Below are positions 19,779 to 27,934 of a DNA stretch of 64,000 nt, piece after piece (the stretch's first letter is position 1; each line of letters opens with the position of its first letter). The DNA is taken from positions 544,001-608,000 of the forward strand of contig JAWABJ010000001.1 of NCBI GenBank assembly GCA_038884755.1. The letters are read 5' to 3'. A program made the position numbers and the translations under genes. The DNA is from Candidatus Norongarragalinales archaeon. GTDB taxonomy: Archaea > Micrarchaeota > Micrarchaeia > Norongarragalinales > Norongarragalinaceae. A model generated the notes under the pieces. That model saw only the letters and a list, made by a program, of their open reading frames with translations. It was not told where the DNA came from and ran no database searches.

Positions 19779-20505
19779 TCGATTTCACACCTTTTCCTTT
19801 AGACCTGCCAGTGCGCCTGGCGCCAATATGCCCAGCCTTCCTTCCGACGGGCGTACCGTGCGAAACTGTAGTGGGCTTTCCGCCGGTTTTTCCACCGTAC
19901 GGGTGGTCGTAAGCACTCATCGCCCTGCCGCGCACGTGCGGGTAGTAGCGGTTGAGGGCCTGCATTTTGAACCGCTTTGCGCTGGCTTTCAAGAACGGTT
20001 TTTCCAAACGCCCTCCGCCGGACGCTATTCCTATCGTAGCGAAACAATTGGGGCTCAGGTTCTTCACTTCCTTGGAAGAAAGCTGGACCGAAACCATTCC
20101 CGTGTCTTCGTCTTCGGCAAGCTTAAAGCAGAAAGTTCCGCTCGAACGAGACAGTTTCCCCCCGTCGCCCGGGCGCAGTTCAACGTTGAAAATTGAAGTC
20201 CCGTCGGGAATGTTCTTCAGCAAAGCGACGTTTCCCAAGCCCGGCTGCGCTTCGCGGCCGATTTGAATCCTGTCGCCTATGGCAAGCCCTTCGGCGGCGA
20301 GGTTGTAAACCTTCCTCCCGTTTTCAAGTGTTATTTCGGCCACAAGCACGTCCCGCGCCGGGTCGTGCAAAAACTCGCTTACCACGCCCGAAAGCGTCTG
20401 GCTCAAAGCGACGTCGTAGCGAATGTCTCCCAAAAACCTGTGTCCGGGAGAGCGGAACACAGGGCTACCGCGCCCTCTTTTCTGCTGCCTCAGCCTAGTA
20501 CCCAT
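19771..20505 (-). CDS. rpl2: 50S ribosomal protein uL2
   Basis: HDPAR, PGDGGKLSRSSG, GGGRLEKP, VRGRAMSAYDHPYGG. Confidence 0.98.
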   Translation of the reverse strand: MGTRLRQQKRGRGSPVFRSPGHRFLGDIRYDVALSQTLSGVVSEFLHDPARDVLVAEITLENGRKVYNLAAEGLAIGDRIQIGREAQPGLGNVALLKNIPDGTSIFNVELRPGDGGKLSRSSGTFCFKLAEDEDTGMVSVQLSSKEVKNLSPNCFATIGIASGGGRLEKPFLKASAKRFKMQALNRYYPHVRGRAMSAYDHPYGGKTGGKPTTVSHGTPVGRKAGHIGARRTGRSKGKGVKSNG

Positions 20506-20518
20506 TTCAACACCAAAA

Positions 20519-20770
20519 TCAAATTACTTTCAACTTCGCCGCCAGTTCCAAAGCCACTCCCGCCTTTTCGAAAGCCACTATGGCCTTCTTGCTGCCGTGG
20601 GGCGTGGTCATGACGTTGACGCTCTTTACTTTCTGGCCGTAGTTTTTTTCCACTTCTTCCTTGACCTGCCTTTTGGTCGCGCTTTTTTCTACGACGAACG
20701 TAATCTTGTTCTCGCGTTCTATGCCGGAAACGGCTTTTTCAGACGCCAGCGCATACAAAACAATTGCCAT
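20519..20770 (-). CDS. rpl23: 50S ribosomal protein uL23
   Basis: SEKA...ENKITFVV...ATKRQVK...KKAIVAF. Confidence 0.95.
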   Translation of the reverse strand: MAIVLYALASEKAVSGIERENKITFVVEKSATKRQVKEEVEKNYGQKVKSVNVMTTPHGSKKAIVAFEKAGVALELAAKLKVI

Positions 20771-20794
20771 GTAAAACCACTTTCTTTGCACATA

Positions 20795-21604
20795 TCAACG
20801 CATATACAATTTTTCTTTTGAAAGCTTTTCCAACGCGCCTTGCGTCCAAACGCACAAGCGCCCCGCGTTGCCGCCCGGAGCGAGCAAAACCGCGTTGAGC
20901 TTTTCGACACTCGCGCAATCCACGCCCGCCAAGTTTCTCGCCGCCTTGGCGATTCCGCCGTCATTCCCGTAAACTATGAGCACGCTCTTCCGCTGCTTGT
21001 GCCCTCCGCTCCTGCGCCCTGCAACGCCGGTAAGCGGGGTTCGGGAAGCGCTGGCTTTCTCCAGCTCCTTCTCTAATCCTATTGAAGACAAGAATTTCCT
21101 GACTTCGGAAGTTTTCTTCGCGTTTTCCAAAGCGTTTTCCGCCACGATGGGCAGGGAAATTTTTGAATCCAAAAAATGCCCGCGCGAGGAAACGACTTTC
21201 GCGTTTGCAGTAGCGGCAATCGCGCTTCGCAACGCGAGGTTTTTCTCTTTCCTGTTTATTTTTTCCACGAGGACTTTCTCGGGCTTGGGCGGGTGCGCCC
21301 TTCTTCCTTTGACGGCGTGCGGAACTCGCAAAACCCTTCCGCTCCTTCCGCCCGCGAGCTTTTCCCTCGGCAGGCGCGAGCGCCCGGTGTTGATGGTCTG
21401 CCTCCAAGCGTGCCTCCTGCCGTAGTATTCCGCTGTGTTCTGCATTCCAGCGAGCGGAAACGCGCCCTTGGGCTGCAATTTCAGCGAAGAGAACGCCCAA
21501 AAAGCCCTGCGGATGACGTCAGGCCGGTAGGGAGTTTCGAACTGAGAAGGCAATTCCACGCTTTCGCCTGCAGAACCGTCAATCTTGAAAACGTTGGACT
21601 TCAT
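20795..21604 (-). CDS. rpl4: 50S ribosomal protein uL4
   Basis: RPDVIRRA, GRRAHPPK, NRKEK, RNLAGVD, LAPGG. Confidence 0.97.
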   Translation of the reverse strand: MKSNVFKIDGSAGESVELPSQFETPYRPDVIRRAFWAFSSLKLQPKGAFPLAGMQNTAEYYGRRHAWRQTINTGRSRLPREKLAGGRSGRVLRVPHAVKGRRAHPPKPEKVLVEKINRKEKNLALRSAIAATANAKVVSSRGHFLDSKISLPIVAENALENAKKTSEVRKFLSSIGLEKELEKASASRTPLTGVAGRRSGGHKQRKSVLIVYGNDGGIAKAARNLAGVDCASVEKLNAVLLAPGGNAGRLCVWTQGALEKLSKEKLYMR

Positions 21605-21615
21605 TTTTTACACGC

Positions 21616-22560
21616 TCATGCAATCAATTGTTTGACTTCGACAGCCTTGGCTTGCGGCTGGGAGAAAACCTGTTTCCTCAATAAAACGAACCTCTTGGCC
21701 GGCCCGGGCACGCTTCCCTTCAACGCGATGAAAGAACCGTGAACCAGCCCGTAATTGTCGAAAAACCGCATGCCCTTGAATTCTTCGGAAATCTTGACTA
21801 TCCTTTTTCCCCTGTCGACGCGCTTTTGAAAACCGTGCTGTCCCGCGCGCGGAATAGTGTACATGACTTTCGCCTGACGCTCGGGTCCAATGGAACCTCC
21901 GTGCCTGCGCGATTGCGAGGCCTTGCGGATGTTTAAAGAAACTCCGTAACGCTTGACTACCCCGCTCCACCCTTTTCCTTTCGTAACTGCAATCGCATCC
22001 ACGACTTCGCCGTCGGAAAAAACGTCTTTCGCGTTTATTTCTTTTCCCAACAAGTCCAGCGCTTTAGCCTTCTGCTCTTCCACGCTACCCCCCAAGGCGA
22101 CTTCGAAAACATCAGGGTTTTTCTTCAAGCTTATTTTCCAAGGCTGCGTGCAGCACAAAAGCCTCACTTCGGCAATGCGCTGTTCGAACTTTTTGAATTC
22201 CTCGGAAGCATTCTTTTCCTTTTTCGCTGGAGTGTAAACACGGTTCAACTGCTTGGGATGCGTTTTCGAGTCGATTTGAGTCAAAGACTTCAAGCCGTAA
22301 GGCGTTTTCTCCCACAATTCAATCGCGTAAACGAAAACCGGCGGGACTTCCAAAACAGTAATAGGCCAAATGACTTCCTGCCCTTTGAAAGGCGAAGCGT
22401 CGTCTTCGACGACCAGAGCCTGCGCCATTCCTGCTTTGAAAGCAGGGAAGCCCTGCATTCCTCCTTGCTTACCCCAAGACCTAACTCTGGGAGTAATGCG
22501 GCTTGCCCTACCGCGATGCCAAAAACTTCTGCTTCCCCTGCGGGGACCGCGTTTTCCCAT
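21616..22560 (-). CDS. rpl3: 50S ribosomal protein uL3
   Basis: PRRGS, FKAGM, VTKGKG, PRAGQHGF, KGSVPGP. Confidence 0.97.
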   Translation of the reverse strand: MGKRGPRRGSRSFWHRGRASRITPRVRSWGKQGGMQGFPAFKAGMAQALVVEDDASPFKGQEVIWPITVLEVPPVFVYAIELWEKTPYGLKSLTQIDSKTHPKQLNRVYTPAKKEKNASEEFKKFEQRIAEVRLLCCTQPWKISLKKNPDVFEVALGGSVEEQKAKALDLLGKEINAKDVFSDGEVVDAIAVTKGKGWSGVVKRYGVSLNIRKASQSRRHGGSIGPERQAKVMYTIPRAGQHGFQKRVDRGKRIVKISEEFKGMRFFDNYGLVHGSFIALKGSVPGPAKRFVLLRKQVFSQPQAKAVEVKQLIA

Positions 22561-22651
22561 TCAACACACTCTCTGAACGTCTTTTCACCTGGTGCTCAAA
22601 AACCGTTTATTCCAAAAACGATTTTCCGTTCCTTCCGAACGGGTTTGCCGC

Positions 22652-22786
22652 TCAATCGGCCGAAACTCTCTTGGCCACCGGCGGCGTCTTCTTGAACAAG
22701 ACTTTGGAATCGCAGTACAAGCAACGGATGAAACTCAGTTCCTTGAACTCATATTCCTTGCCGCAATTTCCACAAACGAACGTCAT
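22652..22786 (-). CDS. rpoP: DNA-directed RNA polymerase subunit P (Rpo12), 44 aa
   Basis: Manual translation MTFVCGNCGKEYEFKELSFIRCLYCDSKVLFKKTPPVAKRVSAD (CxxC...RCxxC...LFK). Confidence 0.9.
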   Translation of the reverse strand: MTFVCGNCGKEYEFKELSFIRCLYCDSKVLFKKTPPVAKRVSAD

Positions 22787-22901
22787 TCTAAACCAACTTT
22801 TCGTGCTTTAAAGACTAAAAAGCCGCAATCGCAAAAGATTGAGAATAAAAGATGCTTAAAATGCTTATAAAAACCTTTGTTTAGGCGCATTCCCGCGTCT
22901 G

Positions 22902-23342
22902 CTAGTGGTGCTTGAAGTCGAACTCGCGGTCTTGAAATTCCGTTCTTATTTGCCTTATGAGCTCTTTCGCCTTGGCGCTCAAGTCCAAAACCTGTTTTTC
23001 CACTTCCTCCACTTGCTTTTTAAACTCGTCCATCTTCCGCTCGTCAATTTTAGGCTTGCGCTTCAAAACCAAAGCCCGCTGCACTTCCTCTACAAAGTTT
23101 TTTTCCTTGAGCATGAGTTCTTCAGTGCAAATCACGGCATAGTCTGCATCCAACCCTAGGAGGAAGATTTTCTTGTTGACACTCTCGCTGTAATACTGGT
23201 TGGTCCCCATAAACTGCAGGAACTCGTGGATTGTTTGCAGGGAATTGAACGACTGGCGGAGCGTCAGGGGCGTATAGCCGAATCTCGCGAGTTCTTTGTA
23301 CAAACGCAAGTCGACTTCAACATGCTTGTCTTCCAAAGGCAT
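22902..23342 (-). CDS. hypothetical protein (helical, coiled-coil C-terminus)
   Basis: 146-aa ORF with GGTGGG SD-like upstream sequence; no family recognised. Confidence 0.7.
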   Translation of the reverse strand: MPLEDKHVEVDLRLYKELARFGYTPLTLRQSFNSLQTIHEFLQFMGTNQYYSESVNKKIFLLGLDADYAVICTEELMLKEKNFVEEVQRALVLKRKPKIDERKMDEFKKQVEEVEKQVLDLSAKAKELIRQIRTEFQDREFDFKHH

Positions 23343-23391
23343 TTCCCCCCACCCACCGCACTACTGCAATAATGCAACTCGCCAATAAAAA

Positions 23392-23522
23392 AGCCTCCGA
23401 TGGGATTTGAACCCACGACTTCGTGCTCTATGTTTTCTTTCTTTGATTAAATTTTCTTTCTTTTTGAAAAAGAAAGAAAAATTATACCATGCACGCACTC
23501 TACCAGTCTGAGTTACGGAGGC
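23392..23522 (-). tRNA. tRNA-Thr(GGT) with 57-nt intron (23428-23484) at position 37/38
   Basis: GCCTCCG acceptor stem, D-arm ACTC/GAGT, anticodon stem CGTGC/GCACG, loop ATGGTA|A, T-arm GTGGG-TTCAAAT-CCCAT. Confidence 0.9.
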
Positions 23523-23643
23523 AAAACTGAAGAAGCGGACGATTATTTTGTGTGAAAAGGAATTAATATAAACCGATTCGAGAAAATAAATTGGCTTTCA
23601 GCTATATTAGTTTCAGCATGTTGTGCTTTTAGGGTTTTTCGTC

Positions 23644-23802
23644 ATGGGCAAGTTTCCAATCGCAGACAAGGCTTTCACTGGCGTGCTAGTGTGCAAAAAA
23701 TGCAAGGCTCGCAACCCGCGCGGGGCGGAACAGTGCAGAAAGTGCGACTATCGTTCCTTACGGCCCAAACGCGCTCGCAAGAAGGAAGCCAAGGGCAAGT
23801 AA
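23644..23802 (+). CDS. rpl40e: 50S ribosomal protein eL40 (52 aa)
   Basis: Manual translation MGKFPIADKAFTGVLVCKKCKARNPRGAEQCRKCDYRSLRPKRARKKEAKGK. Confidence 0.94.
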   Translation: MGKFPIADKAFTGVLVCKKCKARNPRGAEQCRKCDYRSLRPKRARKKEAKGK

Positions 23803-23804
23803 GT

Positions 23805-23843
23805 CCAAGCCTCGGGAAAACCAAGGTTTTCCCTGGCGCTTGG
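23805..23843. repeat. inverted repeat/hairpin downstream of rpl40e
   Basis: CCAAGC-CTC-GGGAAAACC-AA-GGTTTTCCC-TGGC-GCTTGG. Confidence 0.6.
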
Positions 23844-23914
23844 CGGCGAAAGCATCGGCCTTCCCGTTTCTTGCAGGCGTTTTATAATTTCCCTTACGCT
23901 TCAGTATATCGAAT

Positions 23915-24126
23915 GCAGGGGTGGCGGAGCCTGGTCAAACGCGGGGGACTTAAGAAGCTTTTCTTTCTTTGCGAAAGAAAGAAAACCTTGGAAAAGAAAG
24001 AAACGATTTCCTTGGAAAAGAAAGAAAACCTTGGAAAAGAAAGAAACGATTTCCTTGGAAAAAAAGAAAAGCGCTTGCGAAATCCCCTCCCTTAGGGGTT
24101 CGGGAGTTCAAATCTCTCCCCCTGCA
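23915..24126 (+). tRNA. tRNA-Leu(TAA) with 127-nt intron (23955-24081) at position 37/38
   Basis: GCAGGGG/CCCCTGC acceptor stem, GGGGA/TCCCC anticodon stem, CT-TAA-G|A loop, long variable arm, GGGAG-TTCAAAT-CTCTC T-arm. Confidence 0.92.
23986..24071 (+). repeat. tandem repeats inside the tRNA-Leu intron
   Basis: Four CCTTGGAAAA(G/A)AAAGAAA-type units at 23986, 24010, 24029 and 24053, forming a near-perfect 43-nt duplication. Confidence 0.9.
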
Positions 24127-24214
24127 CTAAAACCACGTCTCTAAGCACTAGCCAATTCGGCATGAACGTGCCGAATTCGGCGCGAACCCAAATAATGCCC
24201 TTCCGCGGAGGAAG

Positions 24215-27200
24215 ATGAGCATGAACGGGTTTGAAGTGCACAAGAGCATGAAGAATTTCGAGCAATCCTGCGACCGCCTCGAGCGTGATGAACTGGTTTG
24301 CCCGGAAAACAAGAAACTGATTCTATCGTTTTCCAAGATGAGGCTGGCCAAGGGCTCAAGCCGCCTGCGCGTAGTCAAGTGCATGTACGGCTTGCGCTTT
24401 CTATCGCACTGGCTGAAAAAGCCTTTTGAGCAGGCAACAAAAAACGACTTGATTGAGTTAGTTGGCGAAATCGAGCGGCAAGACTATTCCGAAAATTCAA
24501 AGTACGACTTCAAAGTCATTCTCAAAATGTTCTACAAATGGCTGAAAGGCAACGACGAGACTTTCCCGCCTGAAATCAGTTGGTTAAAGCCCAAGCTCAA
24601 CAACCACGCCCACAAACTGCCCGAAGAATTGCTGACTCAAGACGAGGTTTTGAAAATGACTGAAGCCGCGGACAACCCTCGCGACAAGGCGTTGATTCTC
24701 GTCTTGTACGAAACCGGTTGCAGGATTGGCGAAATGCTTTCCCTGCGAATGAAAAACGTCATCTTCGACCAGTACGGCGCGATTCTCCGAGTAACTGGAA
24801 AAACAGGAGACCGGCGCGTGCGAATCATAAGCTCCGCGCCAGTCTTGGCATCGTGGATTGAAGTATACGCGCACGCGAAAGACCCGGAAGCGCCCTTGTG
24901 GCCGCCTTTAGCAACAAACCACAAGAATAGAAACCAGCCAGCTGAACACAGTTCCATCAACATAATGATAAAGCGCTTGGCAAAGAAAGCAGGCATCAAA
25001 AAAAGAGTTTACGCTCACTTGTTCCGCCACTCCCGCGCGACGTTCTTGGCCGAAAAACTGACCGAGGCTCAAATGAAGGAGTATTTCGGCTGGGTCCAAT
25101 CGTCTGAAATGGCGGCCACCTATGTTCATCTTTCTGGCCGCGACGTCGACAACGCCTTGCTCGCTTTGCAGGGCCTGGCAAAGCCCGAGGACAAAAAGGA
25201 AGAACAAATCAAGGTTTGTTTTTGTCCTCGTTGCAGGGAAAAGAATTCTCCCATTGCAAAGTTTTGCCTGCGTTGTGGCACGCCCAACCAAGCGCTTGAA
25301 ACCAAGCTTGCGGACACGAAGCGGCTTTACGACTCTCTTTACAAGGGAGAGGAAAAGATTTTCCGCGTCTCGCTTTACGTGGACAACAAGGAGAACACTG
25401 AGGAAAAACTGAATTTCCTCACTGAAAAATGCAAGTCGAACCTCAACTCCCTGCTTATCATTCCAAAAACGTGCAACTACCGAATGGCCGAGGGAATCAA
25501 GTCCTGCCTGCCATTGTGCCAAGACGAGCTGAAAGTACAGCAAGAGTTTTCCACCAACTCGCTTGCCGCAACAATTCCATTCATTTCCACTTCTTCCGGG
25601 CGCAAGAATGGCGTCCTGTTCGCAAAGGAAGAGGAAACCAAGAACCCAGTGTTCATCGACTTCGAGTCGCTTCCAAACAAGCACTTTTTCGTCATCGGAA
25701 CTTCTGGCTCAGGCAAAAGCTATACTGCAAAATATTTGCTGATTCAGCTTTTCATCGCCCTCGATGCTCGGATTTATGTTCTCGACCCAAACGCCGAGTA
25801 CCGCGACTTGTGCACTCGCTTTGGCGGCCAGAACATAGAGATTTCCCGAACTTCAGACAGCGTCATCAACGTATTCGACTTGGCGAACGAGGACTACGGA
25901 AGCAAAATGCTTTCGCTGATATCAGTTTTCGACCTCATCGTTGGCGGCTTGTCCGAAAGCCAGAAAGGAGTTCTCAACCGCTTGCTCATACAAACTTACG
26001 AATTGAAAGGCATCACGCAAGGCGATGTTTCCTCTTGGAACAACGAACCGCCAACTTTTTCTGATTTCTTCAACGTTGTCCAGAAAGTCAGAAGCGACGC
26101 GTTGGGCTCGGACAAGCTGCAAAACAAGCAGGAAACCAAGAGCCTCGAAGTCCTAGCGAACCGCACGAGCATGTACGTCAAAGGCGGATTCTTTGGCTTT
26201 CTAGACCAGGAGACGAAGATAGACATCAAGCAACGGTTCATCAACTTTGACTTGAGCCAATTGCCTGGCGCGGTGAAGCCGCTCATGATGTTCGCCGTTC
26301 TCGACTTCATTATCCGCGAAATCAAGAAAGACAACAAGCCCAAAGTCTTATTGATTGACGAGGGCTGGACGCTGTTGCGTAGCAGGGAAGCCGAAAACTA
26401 CCTGCTTGACTTCATCAAGACGTCGAGGAAATACGGCGCTTCAATCGGCTTCATTACGCAAGAGATTGAAGACTTGCTTGCAAGCGAAAGCGGAAAGAGT
26501 ATTCTCAACCAGACTTCCACCAAGATTTTGATGCGGCAGAACACTACGAACATAGACTTGATTTCCAACTTCCTGAAACTCAATAATTCGGAAAAAGATT
26601 TTCTCATAAAGTGCCAGAAAGGCCACGGGCTTTTGATAGCTGGCGATGAGCACACGCGCTTCTTCACAAAGCCGCCGAAAGCAATCCACGAAATGATCAC
26701 CACCGACCCCGCGGAAGTGCTGGAAATCAAGCGCAAGGAAGCCCTTGGGCAAGTGGCGCAAGCGAAAAAAGAGTTGCGGGAGGCCAAGCCTTTAAGTCCA
26801 GAGGAAGAAGTCAAATGGGATGAAAAGCGGAAAGCCAGCTTGGACGTGAACAAAGACTACTACAAAGTTTCCGAGTTGAACGAGAACCAAATCAAGGTTC
26901 TGAAACGCATGGGCTACCAGGAAGTGCAGTTCGAGCCTTTCGGAAAAGGCGTCGGGCCTCTTTGGCTGGTTCTGACTCACGGAAAGGAAAGCCCAAAGCA
27001 CGTGATGATGGTGAGAGCAACGCGCGACGAGATTCTAAAGTACTGCAACGACGTCATTTTGAACGACACTGTCGAACCGGATGTCGTCGCAGTGCACAAA
27101 GGAAAGAAAATCGCTTTTGAGATTGAAACTGGTTCTTGGGTGGAAACCAGAAAACCAGAATTGGAGCAACGCTTTTCCAGGCTGAGGGCAAAATATCCGG

Positions 27201-27313
27201 ACGGCTATTACATAATCGTAACCAACGCCGCCTACGAATCCGATTATCAACCATTCGGAACCGTAATTACGAAGAACAAGCTTCAGGAATCAATTAAGGC
27301 AATATTCTCCTGA
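24215..27313 (+). CDS. fusion: tyrosine recombinase + Zn ribbon + VirB4/HerA-like ATPase + C-terminal PD-(D/E)xK-like domain
   Basis: TGCRIGE, GKTG, HLFRHS, FGW, TYVHL; CPRC...CLRC; Walker A GTSGSGKS (25697); Walker B LLIDEGW; RKYG...ITQ; EPDVVA...IAFEIETG. Confidence 0.85.
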   Translation: MSMNGFEVHKSMKNFEQSCDRLERDELVCPENKKLILSFSKMRLAKGSSRLRVVKCMYGLRFLSHWLKKPFEQATKNDLIELVGEIERQDYSENSKYDFKVILKMFYKWLKGNDETFPPEISWLKPKLNNHAHKLPEELLTQDEVLKMTEAADNPRDKALILVLYETGCRIGEMLSLRMKNVIFDQYGAILRVTGKTGDRRVRIISSAPVLASWIEVYAHAKDPEAPLWPPLATNHKNRNQPAEHSSINIMIKRLAKKAGIKKRVYAHLFRHSRATFLAEKLTEAQMKEYFGWVQSSEMAATYVHLSGRDVDNALLALQGLAKPEDKKEEQIKVCFCPRCREKNSPIAKFCLRCGTPNQALETKLADTKRLYDSLYKGEEKIFRVSLYVDNKENTEEKLNFLTEKCKSNLNSLLIIPKTCNYRMAEGIKSCLPLCQDELKVQQEFSTNSLAATIPFISTSSGRKNGVLFAKEEETKNPVFIDFESLPNKHFFVIGTSGSGKSYTAKYLLIQLFIALDARIYVLDPNAEYRDLCTRFGGQNIEISRTSDSVINVFDLANEDYGSKMLSLISVFDLIVGGLSESQKGVLNRLLIQTYELKGITQGDVSSWNNEPPTFSDFFNVVQKVRSDALGSDKLQNKQETKSLEVLANRTSMYVKGGFFGFLDQETKIDIKQRFINFDLSQLPGAVKPLMMFAVLDFIIREIKKDNKPKVLLIDEGWTLLRSREAENYLLDFIKTSRKYGASIGFITQEIEDLLASESGKSILNQTSTKILMRQNTTNIDLISNFLKLNNSEKDFLIKCQKGHGLLIAGDEHTRFFTKPPKAIHEMITTDPAEVLEIKRKEALGQVAQAKKELREAKPLSPEEEVKWDEKRKASLDVNKDYYKVSELNENQIKVLKRMGYQEVQFEPFGKGVGPLWLVLTHGKESPKHVMMVRATRDEILKYCNDVILNDTVEPDVVAVHKGKKIAFEIETGSWVETRKPELEQRFSRLRAKYPDGYYIIVTNAAYESDYQPFGTVITKNKLQESIKAIFS

Positions 27314-27569
27314 CTGAAATGGCATTCAATTCGCACTCAAAACCTTGATCCAGCCTTCAAATCCGTTTTTCCAAGCGAATTCACGCATATTGAAAACGCA
27401 TTCAAAACCAGTTTTTGGCAGTCAAAACCTCGTTTTGCGCTTCGAAAACGCCATATTAATTCAACTACTCGATTGAATGGCTTTATCGAATTGCTTGCAT
27501 GATTTTGCGCAATTCTCCGCGAATCATTATTGCACCCTTTCCTCAAATCTGTTTATCGAGGTGGTTTGC

Positions 27570-27758
27570 GTGAAGAAACAAGCTTTTGTCGAAATGACAG
27601 AAAGAGGGCAAATAACCCTGCCAAAATGGATCAGGGACAAAATGCAGTTGAAAGGAGGCGAGACCTTCGTTCCCGAGCAGGACGGCGAAAACATAATCCT
27701 GCGGAGACTCAAGATAGACCTGCCGACCGCTCCCGTGAAAATTGAGCCATCGGCTTAG
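27570..27758 (+). CDS. AbrB/MazE/SpoVT family DNA-binding protein
   Basis: MTERGQITLPKWIRDKMQLKGGE...ENIILRR; GTG start after GAGGTGG SD. Confidence 0.88.
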   Translation: MKKQAFVEMTERGQITLPKWIRDKMQLKGGETFVPEQDGENIILRRLKIDLPTAPVKIEPSA

Positions 27759-27934
27759 AGGTCTTGAGGCATTACGGTAGAGCGGTGGTTTCGCTCTGCT
27801 CGCTTTACTGCTTTGAGGAGTAGCGCGCGGACTTCCTTATCGAGTTCCGAAAATGTTTCAGTAGCAACACGCTTTCCGTTTTGTTTTAGGAAAGTCCGCA
27901 CCGTGTTTTTGGAAAGCAGGGAGTCTCCCTTCAT
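27755..27934 (-). CDS. minimal histone-fold protein (59 aa, DUF1931/short-alpha3 type)
   Basis: LSKNTVRTFLK-NGKRVA...LLLKAVKRAERNHRSTVMPQDL (terminal RxTxxxxD); ATGA overlap with the cdc6 stop; GAGGTGA SD. Confidence 0.8.
   Translation of the reverse strand: MKGDSLLSKNTVRTFLKQNGKRVATETFSELDKEVRALLLKAVKRAERNHRSTVMPQDL

Noticed and set aside
23986..24071. Possible mini-CRISPR array
   Set aside because: Units are 19-24 nt with no unique spacers, lie inside a tRNA intron, and no cas genes are present
23691..24095. 134-aa + strand ORF with KKE repeats
   Set aside because: It overlaps rpl40e out of frame and runs through tRNA-Leu; the repeats are just the intron translated
27570..27758. Toxin-antitoxin pair
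   Set aside because: No PIN/MazF-type toxin is adjacent; the overlapping gene is a histone-fold protein on the opposite strand
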